Shown here piece by piece: positions 28,037 through 39,302 of a stretch of DNA of 64,000 nt. The notes under the pieces are model-generated. The model worked only from the letters and a program-made list of their open reading frames with translations, ran no database searches and had not been told where the DNA came from. The stretch comes from Candidatus Lightella neohaematopini. Its GTDB lineage: Bacteria > Pseudomonadota > Gammaproteobacteria > Enterobacterales > Enterobacteriaceae. The translations under genes and the position numbers were made by a program. The DNA is taken from the NCBI GenBank assembly GCA_025728535.1, contig JAOBJO010000002.1, forward strand, positions 31,635 to 95,634. Direction: 5' to 3'. Numbering within the stretch: the first letter of the stretch is position 1; the number at the start of each line of letters is the position of its first letter.

Positions 28037-29167
28037 ATGAACAGTCAAGATAGAATGTATCTCTCTCGTGCATTTAAACTAGCTAAATTAGGTAAATTTG
28101 CTACATTTTCTAATCCGAATGTTGGATGTGTCATAGTAAAAGATAATAATATAGTTGGTGAAGGTTATTATCAATATTATGGTGGTCATCATGCAGAGAT
28201 AAACGCACTAATGATGGCTGGTAAGTATGCATATGGTTCTACTGTTTATATTACTTTAGAACCATGTAATTACCATGGTAAAACTCCACCTTGTACTGAT
28301 GCTCTAATAAAAAGTAAGGTATTTAAAGTAATAGCTGCTACTATAGATCCTAATCCAAAAGTATCTGGTAAAGGATTTAGTAAATTAAAAAAACATGGAA
28401 TTCTGGTAGAATATGGTTATATGTTAGATGAAGCAGAAAAATTAAATTACGATTTTTTTAAAAGAATTCGTACTGGTATTCCTTGGATAAGTTTAAAATT
28501 AGCATCATCATTGGATGGACGTATTAATTATGCTATTAATAATAACAAATGGATTACTTCTACTAAATCGAGACAGGATGTACAAATTTTTAGGGCAAAA
28601 AGTGATGTAATTTTATCTACTTCATCAACTATTATATCTGATAATCCACGATTAACAGTACGTAAATCATTATTACCAAAATATACAAAAAATCTTTATT
28701 CTACTAAATATATTAGAGACCCTATTAGAGTAATAATTGATGTTAATAATCGTATAAACAAAGATTTTAATATAATTCAAGATAATAAAACAACTTGGTT
28801 AATAAGATCTATTATTAATGATGATCTACTAAAATTACCACAAATTAAGCAAATTATTTTACCTACATATTTAAAAAATAATAAAGTATGTTTAGATTTA
28901 CTTAAGTTATTTTCTTATTTAGGTAAAAATGAAATAAATAAAGTTTTTGTAGAAGCTGGATCAATACTATCCAGTATTTTAATTAAAAAAAATTTAATAG
29001 ATGAGTTTATATTATATCAATCACCTAAAATAATAGGTACAAACGCTAATCTATTATTTAATATAAATTTAAAACCTAATAATAGAACAATAAAGTTTAA
29101 AATTTTAGATGTAAAAAAGATCGGGATAGATATTAGAATCCGTTTAATACCTAATAAATTATTATAA
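28037..29167 (+). CDS. ribD: Bifunctional riboflavin biosynthesis deaminase/reductase
   Basis: 376-aa ORF with the deaminase zinc motifs HAEINAL and LEPCNYHGKTPPC, followed by a reductase domain (LASSLDGRI). Confidence 0.94.
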   Translation: MNSQDRMYLSRAFKLAKLGKFATFSNPNVGCVIVKDNNIVGEGYYQYYGGHHAEINALMMAGKYAYGSTVYITLEPCNYHGKTPPCTDALIKSKVFKVIAATIDPNPKVSGKGFSKLKKHGILVEYGYMLDEAEKLNYDFFKRIRTGIPWISLKLASSLDGRINYAINNNKWITSTKSRQDVQIFRAKSDVILSTSSTIISDNPRLTVRKSLLPKYTKNLYSTKYIRDPIRVIIDVNNRINKDFNIIQDNKTTWLIRSIINDDLLKLPQIKQIILPTYLKNNKVCLDLLKLFSYLGKNEINKVFVEAGSILSSILIKKNLIDEFILYQSPKIIGTNANLLFNINLKPNNRTIKFKILDVKKIGIDIRIRLIPNKLL

Positions 29168-29182
29168 AATATGAAAGAGAAA

Positions 29183-29653
29183 ATGAATATAATAGAAGCT
29201 AAAACTGTAATTAGTAATAATACTAATATAGCCATAATTGTATCACGTTTTAATAAATCTATAAATAAAAACTTATTAGATGGGGTAACTGATACACTAA
29301 TACGTATAGGTAATATAAAAGAAGAATGTATTACTATTATTTGGGTACCTGGAGTATATGAAATACCCATAACTGCTAATAAATTAATACATATAAATAA
29401 ATATAAAGCTATAATAACATTAGGAACAGTAATAAAAGGTGAAACTGATCATCATTATTATGTTGCTAACGAATGTGCATCTAGATTATCTGAAATATCA
29501 GTAAGTAATGTTATACCAATAATTTTTGGTATATTAACTACTAATAATATAGAACAAGCTGTTAAAAGATCTGGTATAAAACTAAATAATAAAGGTGTAG
29601 AAATTGCAATAACAACACTAGAAATGATAAACTTAATGTGTAAAATAAGGTAG
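29183..29653 (+). CDS. ribH: 6,7-dimethyl-8-ribityllumazine synthase
   Basis: MNIIEAK...IAIIVSRFN..I..LLDG..IWVPGVYEIP..LGTVIKGETDHHYYV..FGILTT matches E. coli RibE/RibH (MNIIEAN..IARFN..VWVPGAYELP..LGTVIRGGTAHFEYV..FGVLTT). The ORF-track start at 29171 adds 4 residues. Confidence 0.93.
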   Translation: MNIIEAKTVISNNTNIAIIVSRFNKSINKNLLDGVTDTLIRIGNIKEECITIIWVPGVYEIPITANKLIHINKYKAIITLGTVIKGETDHHYYVANECASRLSEISVSNVIPIIFGILTTNNIEQAVKRSGIKLNNKGVEIAITTLEMINLMCKIR

Positions 29654-29655
29654 TT

Positions 29656-30057
29656 TTGAAACACAATCGTCGTAAAGCAAGAATACGAGCATTACAAGCG
29701 TTATACTCTTCAAGAATAATAAAAAACGTAAATAATAATTTTATTTTTAAATTAAATAAATCAATTATTGATGTGTCTTATTTTTATAAATTATATTTAG
29801 GAGTTTTAACCAATTATGATAAATTAGATAGTGTCATGTTACCTTATTTATCACGTAGTATTAATAAATTAGATCATATAGAACATACAATATTAAGAAT
29901 TGCTGTATTTGAGTTAACATATCATGATTATATACCATATAAGGTAGTGATTAATGAGGCTATTGAATTAGCTAAAATGTTTGGTTCTTGTAGTAGTTAT
30001 AAATTTATTAACGGTGTATTAGATAAAATTATTAATAAAATTAATATAAAAAAATAA
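29656..30057 (+). CDS. nusB: Transcription antitermination factor NusB
   Basis: 133-aa ORF starting at a TTG. RRKARIRALQALYS..LRIAVFEL.....IPYKVVINEAIELAKMFG...SYKFINGVLDK matches E. coli NusB. Confidence 0.93.
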   Translation: MKHNRRKARIRALQALYSSRIIKNVNNNFIFKLNKSIIDVSYFYKLYLGVLTNYDKLDSVMLPYLSRSINKLDHIEHTILRIAVFELTYHDYIPYKVVINEAIELAKMFGSCSSYKFINGVLDKIINKINIKK

Positions 30058-30064
30058 TTATATT

Positions 30065-31027
30065 ATGAATGAATTTTATATTATAAATCGTTTTTTTAAA
30101 AAAAAAATAAACGATAGTTGTGTAAAACTTGGTATCGGAGACGATTGTGCATTACTGTCAATTGACAGCAGTAAATACTTTATAACATTAAGTACTAACT
30201 CATTAGTATCTGGAGTACATTTCTTACCTAATGTTAATCCAAGTAATTTAGGATATAAAATAGTAGCTGTTAATGTAAGTGATATAGCAGCTATGGGAGG
30301 TGTTCCAAAATGGATTACTATATCTTTAATATTACCAAAGTATGATGAGTACTGGTTATCTTTATTTAGTGATGGATTATTTAAACAATTAAATTATTAT
30401 AATATTAGTTTAATAGGTGGTGATCTTAGTAAAGGTAAATTATTAAGTATTACGGCAACTATATATGGAGTGATACAAATAAATAAACAGTTAACTAAAT
30501 CTGGAATGAATATAAATGATATGATTTACGTTACTGGAACACTTGGAGATAGTGCTTATGGATTAGAAATTTTAAAAAAAAATATTCAAGTTTCTGATAA
30601 AAAACATAAATTATACTTCATAAGTAAACATCTAAGACCTAGGCCACCAGTTAAATTTAGTCAAAGAATTAGAATTATTGCTAACTCTGCTACTGATATT
30701 TCTGATGGAATTTTAAAAGAAATATATAATATGTTAAGTAGTACTAAATATAGTGCCAAAATATATTTAAATTATATTCCGTTATCTAAAAATTTAAGAA
30801 AGTATGTTAATTATTATGATGCATTAAATTTAGTGTGTAATAGTGAAGATTATGAGTTATGTTTTACTATCAAAAAAAACAATATTTATTTCTTAAATAA
30901 ATTAAAAAAAAATACTAAAATTACTTGTATTGGTAAAATTATTCCTTATATAGGGAGAAGATTATTGTTATTAAATTACAATAGTAAATTTTTAAAAAAT
31001 CCATTAGGATACGATCATTTTAATTAA
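30065..31027 (+). CDS. thiL: Thiamine-monophosphate kinase
   Basis: 320-aa ORF with LGIGDDCALL..VSGVHF and VNVSDIAAMGG (AIR synthase-like fold). It lies in nusB-thiL-pgpA synteny and contains an intact in-frame A10 run at 30098-30107. Confidence 0.9.
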   Translation: MNEFYIINRFFKKKINDSCVKLGIGDDCALLSIDSSKYFITLSTNSLVSGVHFLPNVNPSNLGYKIVAVNVSDIAAMGGVPKWITISLILPKYDEYWLSLFSDGLFKQLNYYNISLIGGDLSKGKLLSITATIYGVIQINKQLTKSGMNINDMIYVTGTLGDSAYGLEILKKNIQVSDKKHKLYFISKHLRPRPPVKFSQRIRIIANSATDISDGILKEIYNMLSSTKYSAKIYLNYIPLSKNLRKYVNYYDALNLVCNSEDYELCFTIKKNNIYFLNKLKKNTKITCIGKIIPYIGRRLLLLNYNSKFLKNPLGYDHFN

Positions 31028-31052
31028 AAATTAATTCTAGATAAATTATAAA

Positions 31053-31502
31053 ATGATTTATAACTTAATACATATTATAGTTATTGGTTTTGGTATAGGA
31101 TACTTACCTTGTTCTGGTACTATAGCTAGTATTATTGGTGCCATAATTGGATATTATATTATATCGCCATCTATCATATATTTTCCTATATTACTAGTAA
31201 TAATTATATTAAGCACATTATTTTGCCATATTATTAATATGCATTCTAGTATTAACGATCATTATTCAATAGTATTAGATGAATTTATCGGGACTTGGAT
31301 AATAATTTTATTATTACCTAATAAAAAATCATGTACAGAAATAATATTAAGTATATTTTTATTTAGGATATTAGATATTATTAAACCATGGCCATTAAGT
31401 TATCTAAATAATATAAATAATGGTTTTGGTATTATGATTGATGATATATCAGCGGCACTAATAACTGTAGGTATTGTTACTTTATTAAAAAACTTTATTT
31501 AA
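31053..31502 (+). CDS. pgpA: Phosphatidylglycerophosphatase A
   Basis: [47 protein letters not shown] matches E. coli PgpA (IVWDEFIGMWITLMALP..FRILDMWKPWP..GMGIMIDDIVAGVISAGIL). Confidence 0.9.
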   Translation: MIYNLIHIIVIGFGIGYLPCSGTIASIIGAIIGYYIISPSIIYFPILLVIIILSTLFCHIINMHSSINDHYSIVLDEFIGTWIIILLLPNKKSCTEIILSIFLFRILDIIKPWPLSYLNNINNGFGIMIDDISAALITVGIVTLLKNFI

Positions 31503-33317
31503 CCAATTGTAAATTCTTTTATATATACCTATACTATCTAATCCTAGATTAATATGTATTTGTTTTTGATTACCATGACTAATAAATAAATCTGGTAATC
31601 CTATATTTAATACTTTTACAGATAATTGATTGTACATAATGAATTCGTTAACAGCACTACCAGCACCACCAACAATACTATTTTCTTCAATAGTAACAAA
31701 AATTTTATGATTAAAAGATAATTTTTTAATTAGTGAAGTATCTAATGGTTTTACAAATCTCATATCTACCAAAGTACTGTTAAGTTTATTAGCAACAACT
31801 AACGCAGATTTTAGCAGTGTACCAAAATTTAATATCGCTATATTAACTCCATAACGATGGATTACTCCTTTTCCTAAAGAAATTTTGTGTAATTTGGTTA
31901 TTTTATTTATTCCAGTAACTAATTTTTTTGGGTAACGTACTACGCTAGGGCAGGTTTCATTTTGATAACCAGTATATAACATTAGTCTACATTCATCCTC
32001 ATTACTTGGAGTCATGATAATAATGTTAGGTATACATCGTAAATACGATAAGTCAAATGATCCTTGATGAGTTTTTCCATCAGGTCCTACTATTCCACCA
32101 CGATCAATAACAAATAAAATAGGAATATTTTGCAGTGCTACATCATGAATAATCTGATCATAAGCTCGTTGTAGAAAAGTAGAATAAATAGATACTACTG
32201 GTTTATAACCACCAATTGATAGTCCTACTGCAAAAGTTATAGCGTGTTGTTCAGCAATAGCTACATCAAAAAATTGTTTTGGATATTGGCAGGAGAAATT
32301 ATTCATACCAGATCCATAACTCATAGCAGGAGTAATAGCAACTAATTTACTATCTTTTTTTGCAGTATTACATAACCAATCACCAAAAATACTAGAATAC
32401 GTAATATTATTATTTAATAATAAACTATTATCAGATATACTATATTTAGGTATTGAATGCCAACTAATTGGATCTTGTTCTGCTGGTAGATAACCATAAC
32501 CCTTAATTGTTACCAAATGTAATAATTGTGGTCCAGATTTTAGTTTTAAGATACTTAGTATTTTAATTAATTCTTTTATATTATGGCCATTAATAGGACC
32601 AACATAATTAAATCCTAAATATCGAAACAAATTAATTGTTTTGTCAGTATATATATTTTTTGATATATCAATTATTTGTTTTGTTACTTTGTTTGATTTT
32701 TTTAAAGGATTATATTTTTTAATATTAGATAAGTATTTGTTAAGGGCTCCTGTATTATTAGAAATAGATATACCATTATCATTTAAAATTATTAGTATAT
32801 TTGGTTTAGTATAACCTGTATGGTTAATTGCTTCAAAAGCTATTCCTGCTGTTATTGCCCCATCTCCAATAACACAAACTACATGTCTATTTTTATATTG
32901 TTTTTTCATTGCTATTGCTATTCCAGAACCAACACTAATAGAAGTTGATGAATGACCAACTGTTAGCACATCATATTCACTTTCTTCTCTTGAAGGAAAT
33001 GGATGTAATCCATTAATTTGTCTAATAGTATTCATAAAATTACGTCTATTAGTTATTATTTTATGAGGATAAGTTTGATGACCAGTATCCCAAATTAAGA
33101 AATCTGTAGGAGTGTTATAAACATAATGTAAAGCAATAGTTAATTCTACTACACCAAGACCAGATGCTAAATGACCACTTGATTGATTAACAGTATCTAA
33201 TAAAAATTCTCGTAATTCATAACACATAATATCAAGATCTTGAATTGATAATTTACGTAATTCTATAGGATTATTAATGGTAGTTAATATTTTATATTTA
33301 TTTTTTTTTATTATCAT
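31485..33317 (-). CDS. dxs: 1-deoxy-D-xylulose-5-phosphate synthase
   Basis: 610-aa ORF with [32 protein letters not shown] and the ThDP motif [19 protein letters not shown]. The 3' end overlaps pgpA by 18 nt (convergent). Confidence 0.95.
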   Translation of the reverse strand: MIIKKNKYKILTTINNPIELRKLSIQDLDIMCYELREFLLDTVNQSSGHLASGLGVVELTIALHYVYNTPTDFLIWDTGHQTYPHKIITNRRNFMNTIRQINGLHPFPSREESEYDVLTVGHSSTSISVGSGIAIAMKKQYKNRHVVCVIGDGAITAGIAFEAINHTGYTKPNILIILNDNGISISNNTGALNKYLSNIKKYNPLKKSNKVTKQIIDISKNIYTDKTINLFRYLGFNYVGPINGHNIKELIKILSILKLKSGPQLLHLVTIKGYGYLPAEQDPISWHSIPKYSISDNSLLLNNNITYSSIFGDWLCNTAKKDSKLVAITPAMSYGSGMNNFSCQYPKQFFDVAIAEQHAITFAVGLSIGGYKPVVSIYSTFLQRAYDQIIHDVALQNIPILFVIDRGGIVGPDGKTHQGSFDLSYLRCIPNIIIMTPSNEDECRLMLYTGYQNETCPSVVRYPKKLVTGINKITKLHKISLGKGVIHRYGVNIAILNFGTLLKSALVVANKLNSTLVDMRFVKPLDTSLIKKLSFNHKIFVTIEENSIVGGAGSAVNEFIMYNQLSVKVLNIGLPDLFISHGNQKQIHINLGLDSIGIYKRIYNWLNKVF

Positions 33318-33376
33318 AATATTTTTATCATCATATATTAGATATTTTAAAGTTCTAATAATTAATCGTTGTAATA

Positions 33377-34276
33377 TTAATTATCACAGCTAATAATATT
33401 AAACTCTTTATGTTTTATTATATTAAATAATTTTATATTTTCGTAAACATATATATTATGTAGTTTTGCATATTTTATAATGTAACCATTTATATAATCT
33501 ATTTCTGAATACTTATTATTTTTTATATCTTGTAGCATAGAAGATAAATTATTTTTAGTATTACTTATAACATTTTTAGTTATCACTACTAAATTAGTAG
33601 TACTAATAAATATACCCATATGTCTTAATATATAAGATAATTCTTTACATATTAAGAAAATACTTTTATTATATTTTAATAATTCACCATTTTTACAATT
33701 GTATATTGTTGTTAATGGATTAACAACGCAGTTAACTGCTAGTTTTTTTAATTTACTAGCATATATATCTTTACACCAAACAACATTTGGTAATGATAAA
33801 TTTAATATTTTTATTAAAAAATCATATTGAATATTTGTTATGTGTTTATTTATTTTACCAATTTCTGTTAATCCTTGGTAATTATGATAAACAATCTCAT
33901 CGTTTTTATATGCGGCGTGATTAGTTACTCCAATTAATAATGGTTGTTTAATAAAAGATAATTTTTTTTCTATACCTATACCATTATATATTAATAATAT
34001 AATACAATTATTGTTAATAAATTTTATTATTTTTTTTAAAGCATAAATAATATGATTAATTTTTAATGTTACTATTAATAAATTACTATTACTTAAATGT
34101 AGTATATTATTTGTTGGTAATACAATACTATTTTTTACATTGTGAGTATTTATGATATTAATGTTTATATTATTTTTTTTATTTTTTAGCCATCCTTGAA
34201 CATCATTACCATTTTTAGCTAAAAAATACGCCCATAGCCTACCTAATGCTCCACAACCTAATATCGTAATTTTCAT
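33377..34276 (-). CDS. panE: 2-dehydropantoate 2-reductase
   Basis: [30 protein letters not shown] matches E. coli PanE [30 protein letters not shown], as do [22 protein letters not shown] and SSMLQDI...[10 protein letters not shown]. Confidence 0.92.
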   Translation of the reverse strand: MKITILGCGALGRLWAYFLAKNGNDVQGWLKNKKNNININIINTHNVKNSIVLPTNNILHLSNSNLLIVTLKINHIIYALKKIIKFINNNCIILLIYNGIGIEKKLSFIKQPLLIGVTNHAAYKNDEIVYHNYQGLTEIGKINKHITNIQYDFLIKILNLSLPNVVWCKDIYASKLKKLAVNCVVNPLTTIYNCKNGELLKYNKSIFLICKELSYILRHMGIFISTTNLVVITKNVISNTKNNLSSMLQDIKNNKYSEIDYINGYIIKYAKLHNIYVYENIKLFNIIKHKEFNIISCDN

Positions 34277-34284
34277 ATTTCTAA

Positions 34285-35457
34285 TTAATTATTTTCTTTT
34301 AACTTATTAAAGTTTTTAATAATTATGAACAACCACAATATTAATATTATTATATTAATAAACAATACAAATTTTATTGATTTAGTGATATTTAACACTA
34401 ATCCACTAATTAATCCACCAGTAGCACTACCCAAAAATTGATTAGTAGAATATACACCTAATAATGTACCATTATAAATTGGTACAGTATTTGTTATGTT
34501 TCTTAAAAATTGTGGTAATATTGCTTCTATTATACTAAATGATATAAAAAATAACTGTATACTAATTATTAGTAACAGTTTATTAATAATAATTATCTTT
34601 AATAAGATTGATATTAAAAATATTATTATAAAATTAACTAATATGTATAGTTTTTTATATTGATATTTATTAAAAATATTAATTAATGTGAATGTTATTA
34701 TAAAAGATAGTGTACTATATAAGTATATTTTCCAATGATTAGAATAATTTATACCGACGTTAATCAAATTATATGGTATAGTAACAAAATTTGATACTAG
34801 TAGTATATGTAAACAAAATATACTAAAGTTCACTAAAATTAAATTCTTATTTAGTATTATACTAATTATATTAATTGTAGGTTTATCTTTTGTTGTTTTA
34901 TTTAATTCTATACTTGGTATAATAAAATAAGCAATGATAATTCCTAATATTGATAATACAACTACAAATGTAAATAATGCGTTAAAACTAACTAATTCAG
35001 ATATTATTGGTCCAAATATAATTGAAATAATAAAAGATATTAAAAAACTAATTCCTAGACACATCATAGCTGTGGTATAATATTTATTATTAATAGAGTC
35101 ATATATTATGCTCATAATAACTGGACTAATAGCACTTATTCCTTGTACAGCCCTACCTATAATTAAACCATAAATATTATTTAATTTAATAATTATTAAA
35201 CTACCAAATAAAAATATTAATAATCCTAATATAATTAAATTTTTACGATTAAATTTATCAGCGGCAATTCCGAATGGAATTTGACATATTATTTGCATAA
35301 TACCATATATACTAATGGATATCCCTATCAGTAAATCATTGATACTAAATAATTTACCATAATTAGTAATTACTGGTATTAGTATAAATGTACTAACTAC
35401 TCTTATAATAAACAAAACACATGTACCAATAATGATACGTATTGCTTTAATATTCAT
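34285..35457 (-). CDS. yajR: MFS transporter, YajR-like (lacks the C-terminal YAM domain of E. coli YajR)
   Basis: 390-aa 12-TM ORF. SIYGIMQIICQIPFGIAADKFNRKNLI..GRAVQG..NFSIFCLHILLV..HWKIYL..LGVYSTNQFLG is colinear with E. coli YajR. Its position between panE and cyoE matches E. coli. Confidence 0.8.
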   Translation of the reverse strand: MNIKAIRIIIGTCVLFIIRVVSTFILIPVITNYGKLFSINDLLIGISISIYGIMQIICQIPFGIAADKFNRKNLIILGLLIFLFGSLIIIKLNNIYGLIIGRAVQGISAISPVIMSIIYDSINNKYYTTAMMCLGISFLISFIISIIFGPIISELVSFNALFTFVVVLSILGIIIAYFIIPSIELNKTTKDKPTINIISIILNKNLILVNFSIFCLHILLVSNFVTIPYNLINVGINYSNHWKIYLYSTLSFIITFTLINIFNKYQYKKLYILVNFIIIFLISILLKIIIINKLLLIISIQLFFISFSIIEAILPQFLRNITNTVPIYNGTLLGVYSTNQFLGSATGGLISGLVLNITKSIKFVLFINIIILILWLFIIIKNFNKLKENN

Positions 35458-35500
35458 ATATGTTATAAATATTTGTGATTTTATATAAATGAAATGTATA

Positions 35501-36352
35501 TTATATCTTATAAAAACTTAGTATAGATAAATTAAATACATTAATATTTATAATAGACAAAATAAATATCTTTTTAGCCCAAATATATATATTATGATTT
35601 ATTAATGATGTATATAACCATGTTATCATAACAGGAATATTAATAATAATAAAATATAAACTATTATTAGTTATAACACTTAGTAAAAATATTAGTAATA
35701 TATATAGGATAATAAAAATAATAATATATTTTTTAGTAATTAAACAACCATAATATAAAGGTAATACTGGAATATTAGCTTTTTTATAATCATCAACATG
35801 TATAATTGATAATGAATAAGAGTGTGGTATTTGCCAAATTATGAATATTAACATTAATATTAGTGATTCATAATTAAAATTTAGTACGCTACAATATCCA
35901 ATTACTGGTGGCATAGCCCCTGATAAACTACCTATTAATATACTATGTGAGGAACGTCTTTTAAGATAAAGACTATAGAATATTATATATATTATAGTAG
36001 CAAAGATAGATAAAATAAAAACTAGTAAATTATTAGTAATAAATAATATTGATAATCCTAATATAGCTAATATAATAGATATTAATAATATTAATAATGA
36101 TAATATTTTACTATTATTCATTGGTAATCTATTTTTAGTTCTATTCATAATCATATCAATATCTCTATCAATATAATTATTCAACAAACAATTAGATATT
36201 AATAAAAAAAACATTCCTAATACTGTATAACTTAATAAATTAATATCTACTGTTTTTATAACTTTGGAAGATAATAAAAAACCACTGATTAAAGATAATA
36301 AATTACCAATAATAATTTTAAGTTTTATACTTCTTATATACTTTATTATCAT
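35501..36352 (-). CDS. cyoE: Heme O synthase (protoheme IX farnesyltransferase)
   Basis: 283-aa polytopic ORF with UbiA-family motifs (NNYIDRDIDMIMNRTKNRLP). It is the last gene of the cyoABCDE operon. Confidence 0.92.
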   Translation of the reverse strand: MIIKYIRSIKLKIIIGNLLSLISGFLLSSKVIKTVDINLLSYTVLGMFFLLISNCLLNNYIDRDIDMIMNRTKNRLPMNNSKILSLLILLISIILAILGLSILFITNNLLVFILSIFATIIYIIFYSLYLKRRSSHSILIGSLSGAMPPVIGYCSVLNFNYESLILMLIFIIWQIPHSYSLSIIHVDDYKKANIPVLPLYYGCLITKKYIIIFIILYILLIFLLSVITNNSLYFIIINIPVMITWLYTSLINHNIYIWAKKIFILSIININVFNLSILSFYKI

Positions 36353-36381
36353 TTATATACTAAATATTTAGCAATAAATTT

Positions 36382-36642
36382 TTATATATGATACATAATC
36401 CATATTGAACCAGTAATTAATATAATAATAATAATTAAAGTGAATAATATAGATATAAGATACCATTTATTTCTTAAATACAAGTTAAAATTTAGAAAAT
36501 AAATAAAATGTACTATAATTTGTAATATACCACAAACAATTAATATTAATAATGCTATCTGATTTTTTAATATTAATGAAACAAATGGAATTATTGTTAA
36601 TATTACAGAGTATAAAAACCCAAATAAGTATCTACTTTTCAT
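36382..36642 (-). CDS. cyoD: Cytochrome bo3 ubiquinol oxidase subunit IV (short, 86 aa)
   Basis: YLFGFLYSVILTIIPF..ILQIIVHFIYFLNF..IIIIILITGSIWIMYHI resembles E. coli CyoD (YMTGFILSIILTVIPF..VVQVLVHLVCFLHM..IIAILVVGSIWIMWNL). It lies in operon order. Confidence 0.88.
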   Translation of the reverse strand: MKSRYLFGFLYSVILTIIPFVSLILKNQIALLILIVCGILQIIVHFIYFLNFNLYLRNKWYLISILFTLIIIIILITGSIWIMYHI

Positions 36643-36653
36643 TATTAATGATC

Positions 36654-37256
36654 TTACTTTTTAAGAAAACTAAAACTAAATAAATAAACGATTGTAAATA
36701 TAAAAATCCATACTATATCTAAAAAATGCCAAAATAAACTTAAACAATATAAGTTATTTTTTACTTTATCAAATTTATTTAAGTAAATTTGTAATAGTAA
36801 TATTATAAACCAGATTAACCCAACTATTATATGTATTCCGTGTACCCCTAATAATGTAAAAAAACTAGAAAGAAAATAATTTTTATCTGGGCCTAAATTA
36901 TTATTAATTAAATGAATAAATTCATATATTTCCATATATATAAAACATATCCCAAGAGTAAAAGTTATTGATAAGTAGTAAACTACATGTTTTATTTTAT
37001 TAATACTAAAATAGTAACTTACTAAAGAATAAGTATAGCTACTAGTAAGTAAAATTAATGTTTCTATTAAGACAAATGGAATATTATAAAAATTAATATT
37101 AATAATATTTAACATATTTTTATATGACAGAATATAATTAATAAATAACACTGAAAAAAATACACAGTCACTCATTAAATATATCCAAAGACCAAACATA
37201 TTATTGTTTATATTAATATGATTATCTTGCAAAGATTTATTAAAAAGATTTAACAT
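36654..37256 (-). CDS. cyoC: Cytochrome bo3 ubiquinol oxidase subunit III
   Basis: 200-aa, 5-TM ORF with FGLWIYLMSDCVFFS..GVHGIHIIVGLIW..LFWHFLDIVWIFIF, typical of CyoC. Confidence 0.92.
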   Translation of the reverse strand: MLNLFNKSLQDNHININNNMFGLWIYLMSDCVFFSVLFINYILSYKNMLNIININFYNIPFVLIETLILLTSSYTYSLVSYYFSINKIKHVVYYLSITFTLGICFIYMEIYEFIHLINNNLGPDKNYFLSSFFTLLGVHGIHIIVGLIWFIILLLQIYLNKFDKVKNNLYCLSLFWHFLDIVWIFIFTIVYLFSFSFLKK

Positions 37257-37279
37257 AATTTTAATTATTTCTAATATAT

Positions 37280-39232
37280 TTATTTATTATTTTCAATAGA
37301 CTTAATTTTATTAACTGAAAAATAGTAATATTCCTTATTTTTAACACTATACGCTATAATAGCAACAATCGTTGATAATAAACTAATACATGATAACCAC
37401 CAAATATACCAAATCATGGAAAAGCTAAGTAATAATATAAATATAGCAATTATTATACTAAAACTTGTATTTTTAGGTAAACTAATTGATTGATATTTTA
37501 ATTTTTTATTATTATTAATATTTTTCTTTATATACCAAAAGGCATCAATCGTGTCTCTTATTTGAGGTACAATTGCGAAATTATATGCTGGTGGTGGTGA
37601 TGATGTAAGCCATTCTAAAGTTCTTCCATTCCATGGATCATTATGAGAAATGTTATTATTTCTATTAATTATGCTAATTATTACTTGTATTACTTGAGAT
37701 ATTATTCCAAACATTATAACTAATGCTCCAATAAAAGATATAGTTAACAAATTATGAAAATCTAAATCTATGGATTGACTTAAGCGACGAGTCATGCCCA
37801 TAAATCCTAGTATATATAAAGGCATAAATGCTATATAAAAACCAGTAATCCAAAGAAAAAAAGATATTTTACCCCATCTATCATTTAAAATAAAACCAAA
37901 AATTTTAGGAAACCAGTAAGTAGCACCGGCAAAACAACCAAATAAAACTCCACCAATAATAACATTATGAAAATGAGCAACTACAAATAAACTATTATGT
38001 AAAACATAATTAGCAGTTGGTAAAGATAATAATACGCCAGCTGCTCCACCAATTACAAAAGTAATAATGAATCCAGTAGTCCATAACATAATTGAATTAA
38101 CAATTATTTTTCCTTTATACATAGTAAATAACCAATTAAATACTTTTACACCAGTAGGTATAGCAATTATCATCGTCATAATACCAAAAAATGAATTAAC
38201 ATTTGATCCAGCCCCCATAGTAAAAAAGTGATGTAACCAAACACAAAATGCTAATATTGTGATAGCTATAGTAGCAAAAATTAATGTTTTATAATTAAAT
38301 AAACTTTTTTGTGAAAAAGTAGCAACTACCTCAGAAAAAATACCAAATACTGGTAACACCAGTATATAAACTTCAGGATGTCCCCAAGACCAAAATAAAT
38401 TAATATACATCATTGGATTACCACCTAAATCTTGAGTAAAAAAATGCATTCCTAAATAACGATCTAAAGTCAATAACATTATAGTTACAGCTAATATTGG
38501 AAATGCTATAACAATTAGTACATTTGTACATAATGTTGTCCAAGTAAATACTGGCATATTCATTATACTCATATTTGGAGTACGCATGAATAATATAGTG
38601 ACAATAAAATTTATTCCGGTGATAGTTGTACTAATCCCAGATACTTGAATACTCCAAATCCAGTAATCTACTCCAACTCCTGGACTATAAGTTTTTTCTG
38701 ATAATGGTGGATAAGCTGTCCATCCTGTTTGCGCAAATTCACCAACTCCCAAAGATAAATTTATTAATATAACTCCAACTATAAATAACCAAAAACTTAA
38801 GGAATTTAAAAATGGAAAGGCTAAATCACGAGAACCTATTTGTAAAGGAATAATAATATTCATCAAACCAATTATAAATGGAGTAGCCATAAATATTATC
38901 ATGATAACTCCATGAACAGTAATAATTTGATTGTAGTGATGTGATGATAAAAATCCTTCGTGCATACTAGAAGATGCTAACATTTGTTGAGTTCTCATCA
39001 TAATAGCATCAATAAAACCTCTTAATAACATTACCATTGATGTTATTATATACATTATACCAATCTTTTTATGATCTAATGAAGTTAACCAGTTATACCA
39101 TAAATATTTCCACTTACCGAAATAACTAATAGTAGATACTGTAATTATACTAACTAATGCAATAAACACAAAAGTGAATATAATAATTGGTTCATTGTAT
39201 GGAATATCACTTATTTTCAATCTACCAAACAT
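37280..39232 (-). CDS. cyoB: Cytochrome bo3 ubiquinol oxidase subunit I
   Basis: 650-aa heme-copper oxidase subunit I with [22 protein letters not shown] and [12 protein letters not shown]. Confidence 0.96.
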   Translation of the reverse strand: MFGRLKISDIPYNEPIIIFTFVFIALVSIITVSTISYFGKWKYLWYNWLTSLDHKKIGIMYIITSMVMLLRGFIDAIMMRTQQMLASSSMHEGFLSSHHYNQIITVHGVIMIIFMATPFIIGLMNIIIPLQIGSRDLAFPFLNSLSFWLFIVGVILINLSLGVGEFAQTGWTAYPPLSEKTYSPGVGVDYWIWSIQVSGISTTITGINFIVTILFMRTPNMSIMNMPVFTWTTLCTNVLIVIAFPILAVTIMLLTLDRYLGMHFFTQDLGGNPMMYINLFWSWGHPEVYILVLPVFGIFSEVVATFSQKSLFNYKTLIFATIAITILAFCVWLHHFFTMGAGSNVNSFFGIMTMIIAIPTGVKVFNWLFTMYKGKIIVNSIMLWTTGFIITFVIGGAAGVLLSLPTANYVLHNSLFVVAHFHNVIIGGVLFGCFAGATYWFPKIFGFILNDRWGKISFFLWITGFYIAFMPLYILGFMGMTRRLSQSIDLDFHNLLTISFIGALVIMFGIISQVIQVIISIINRNNNISHNDPWNGRTLEWLTSSPPPAYNFAIVPQIRDTIDAFWYIKKNINNNKKLKYQSISLPKNTSFSIIIAIFILLLSFSMIWYIWWLSCISLLSTIVAIIAYSVKNKEYYYFSVNKIKSIENNK

Positions 39233-39302
39233 TTCTTTTTCCTATAGAACAAAGTAACATCTTTTATATATCTATAAATCGTGTAGTATTAACAAAATAA
39301 TA

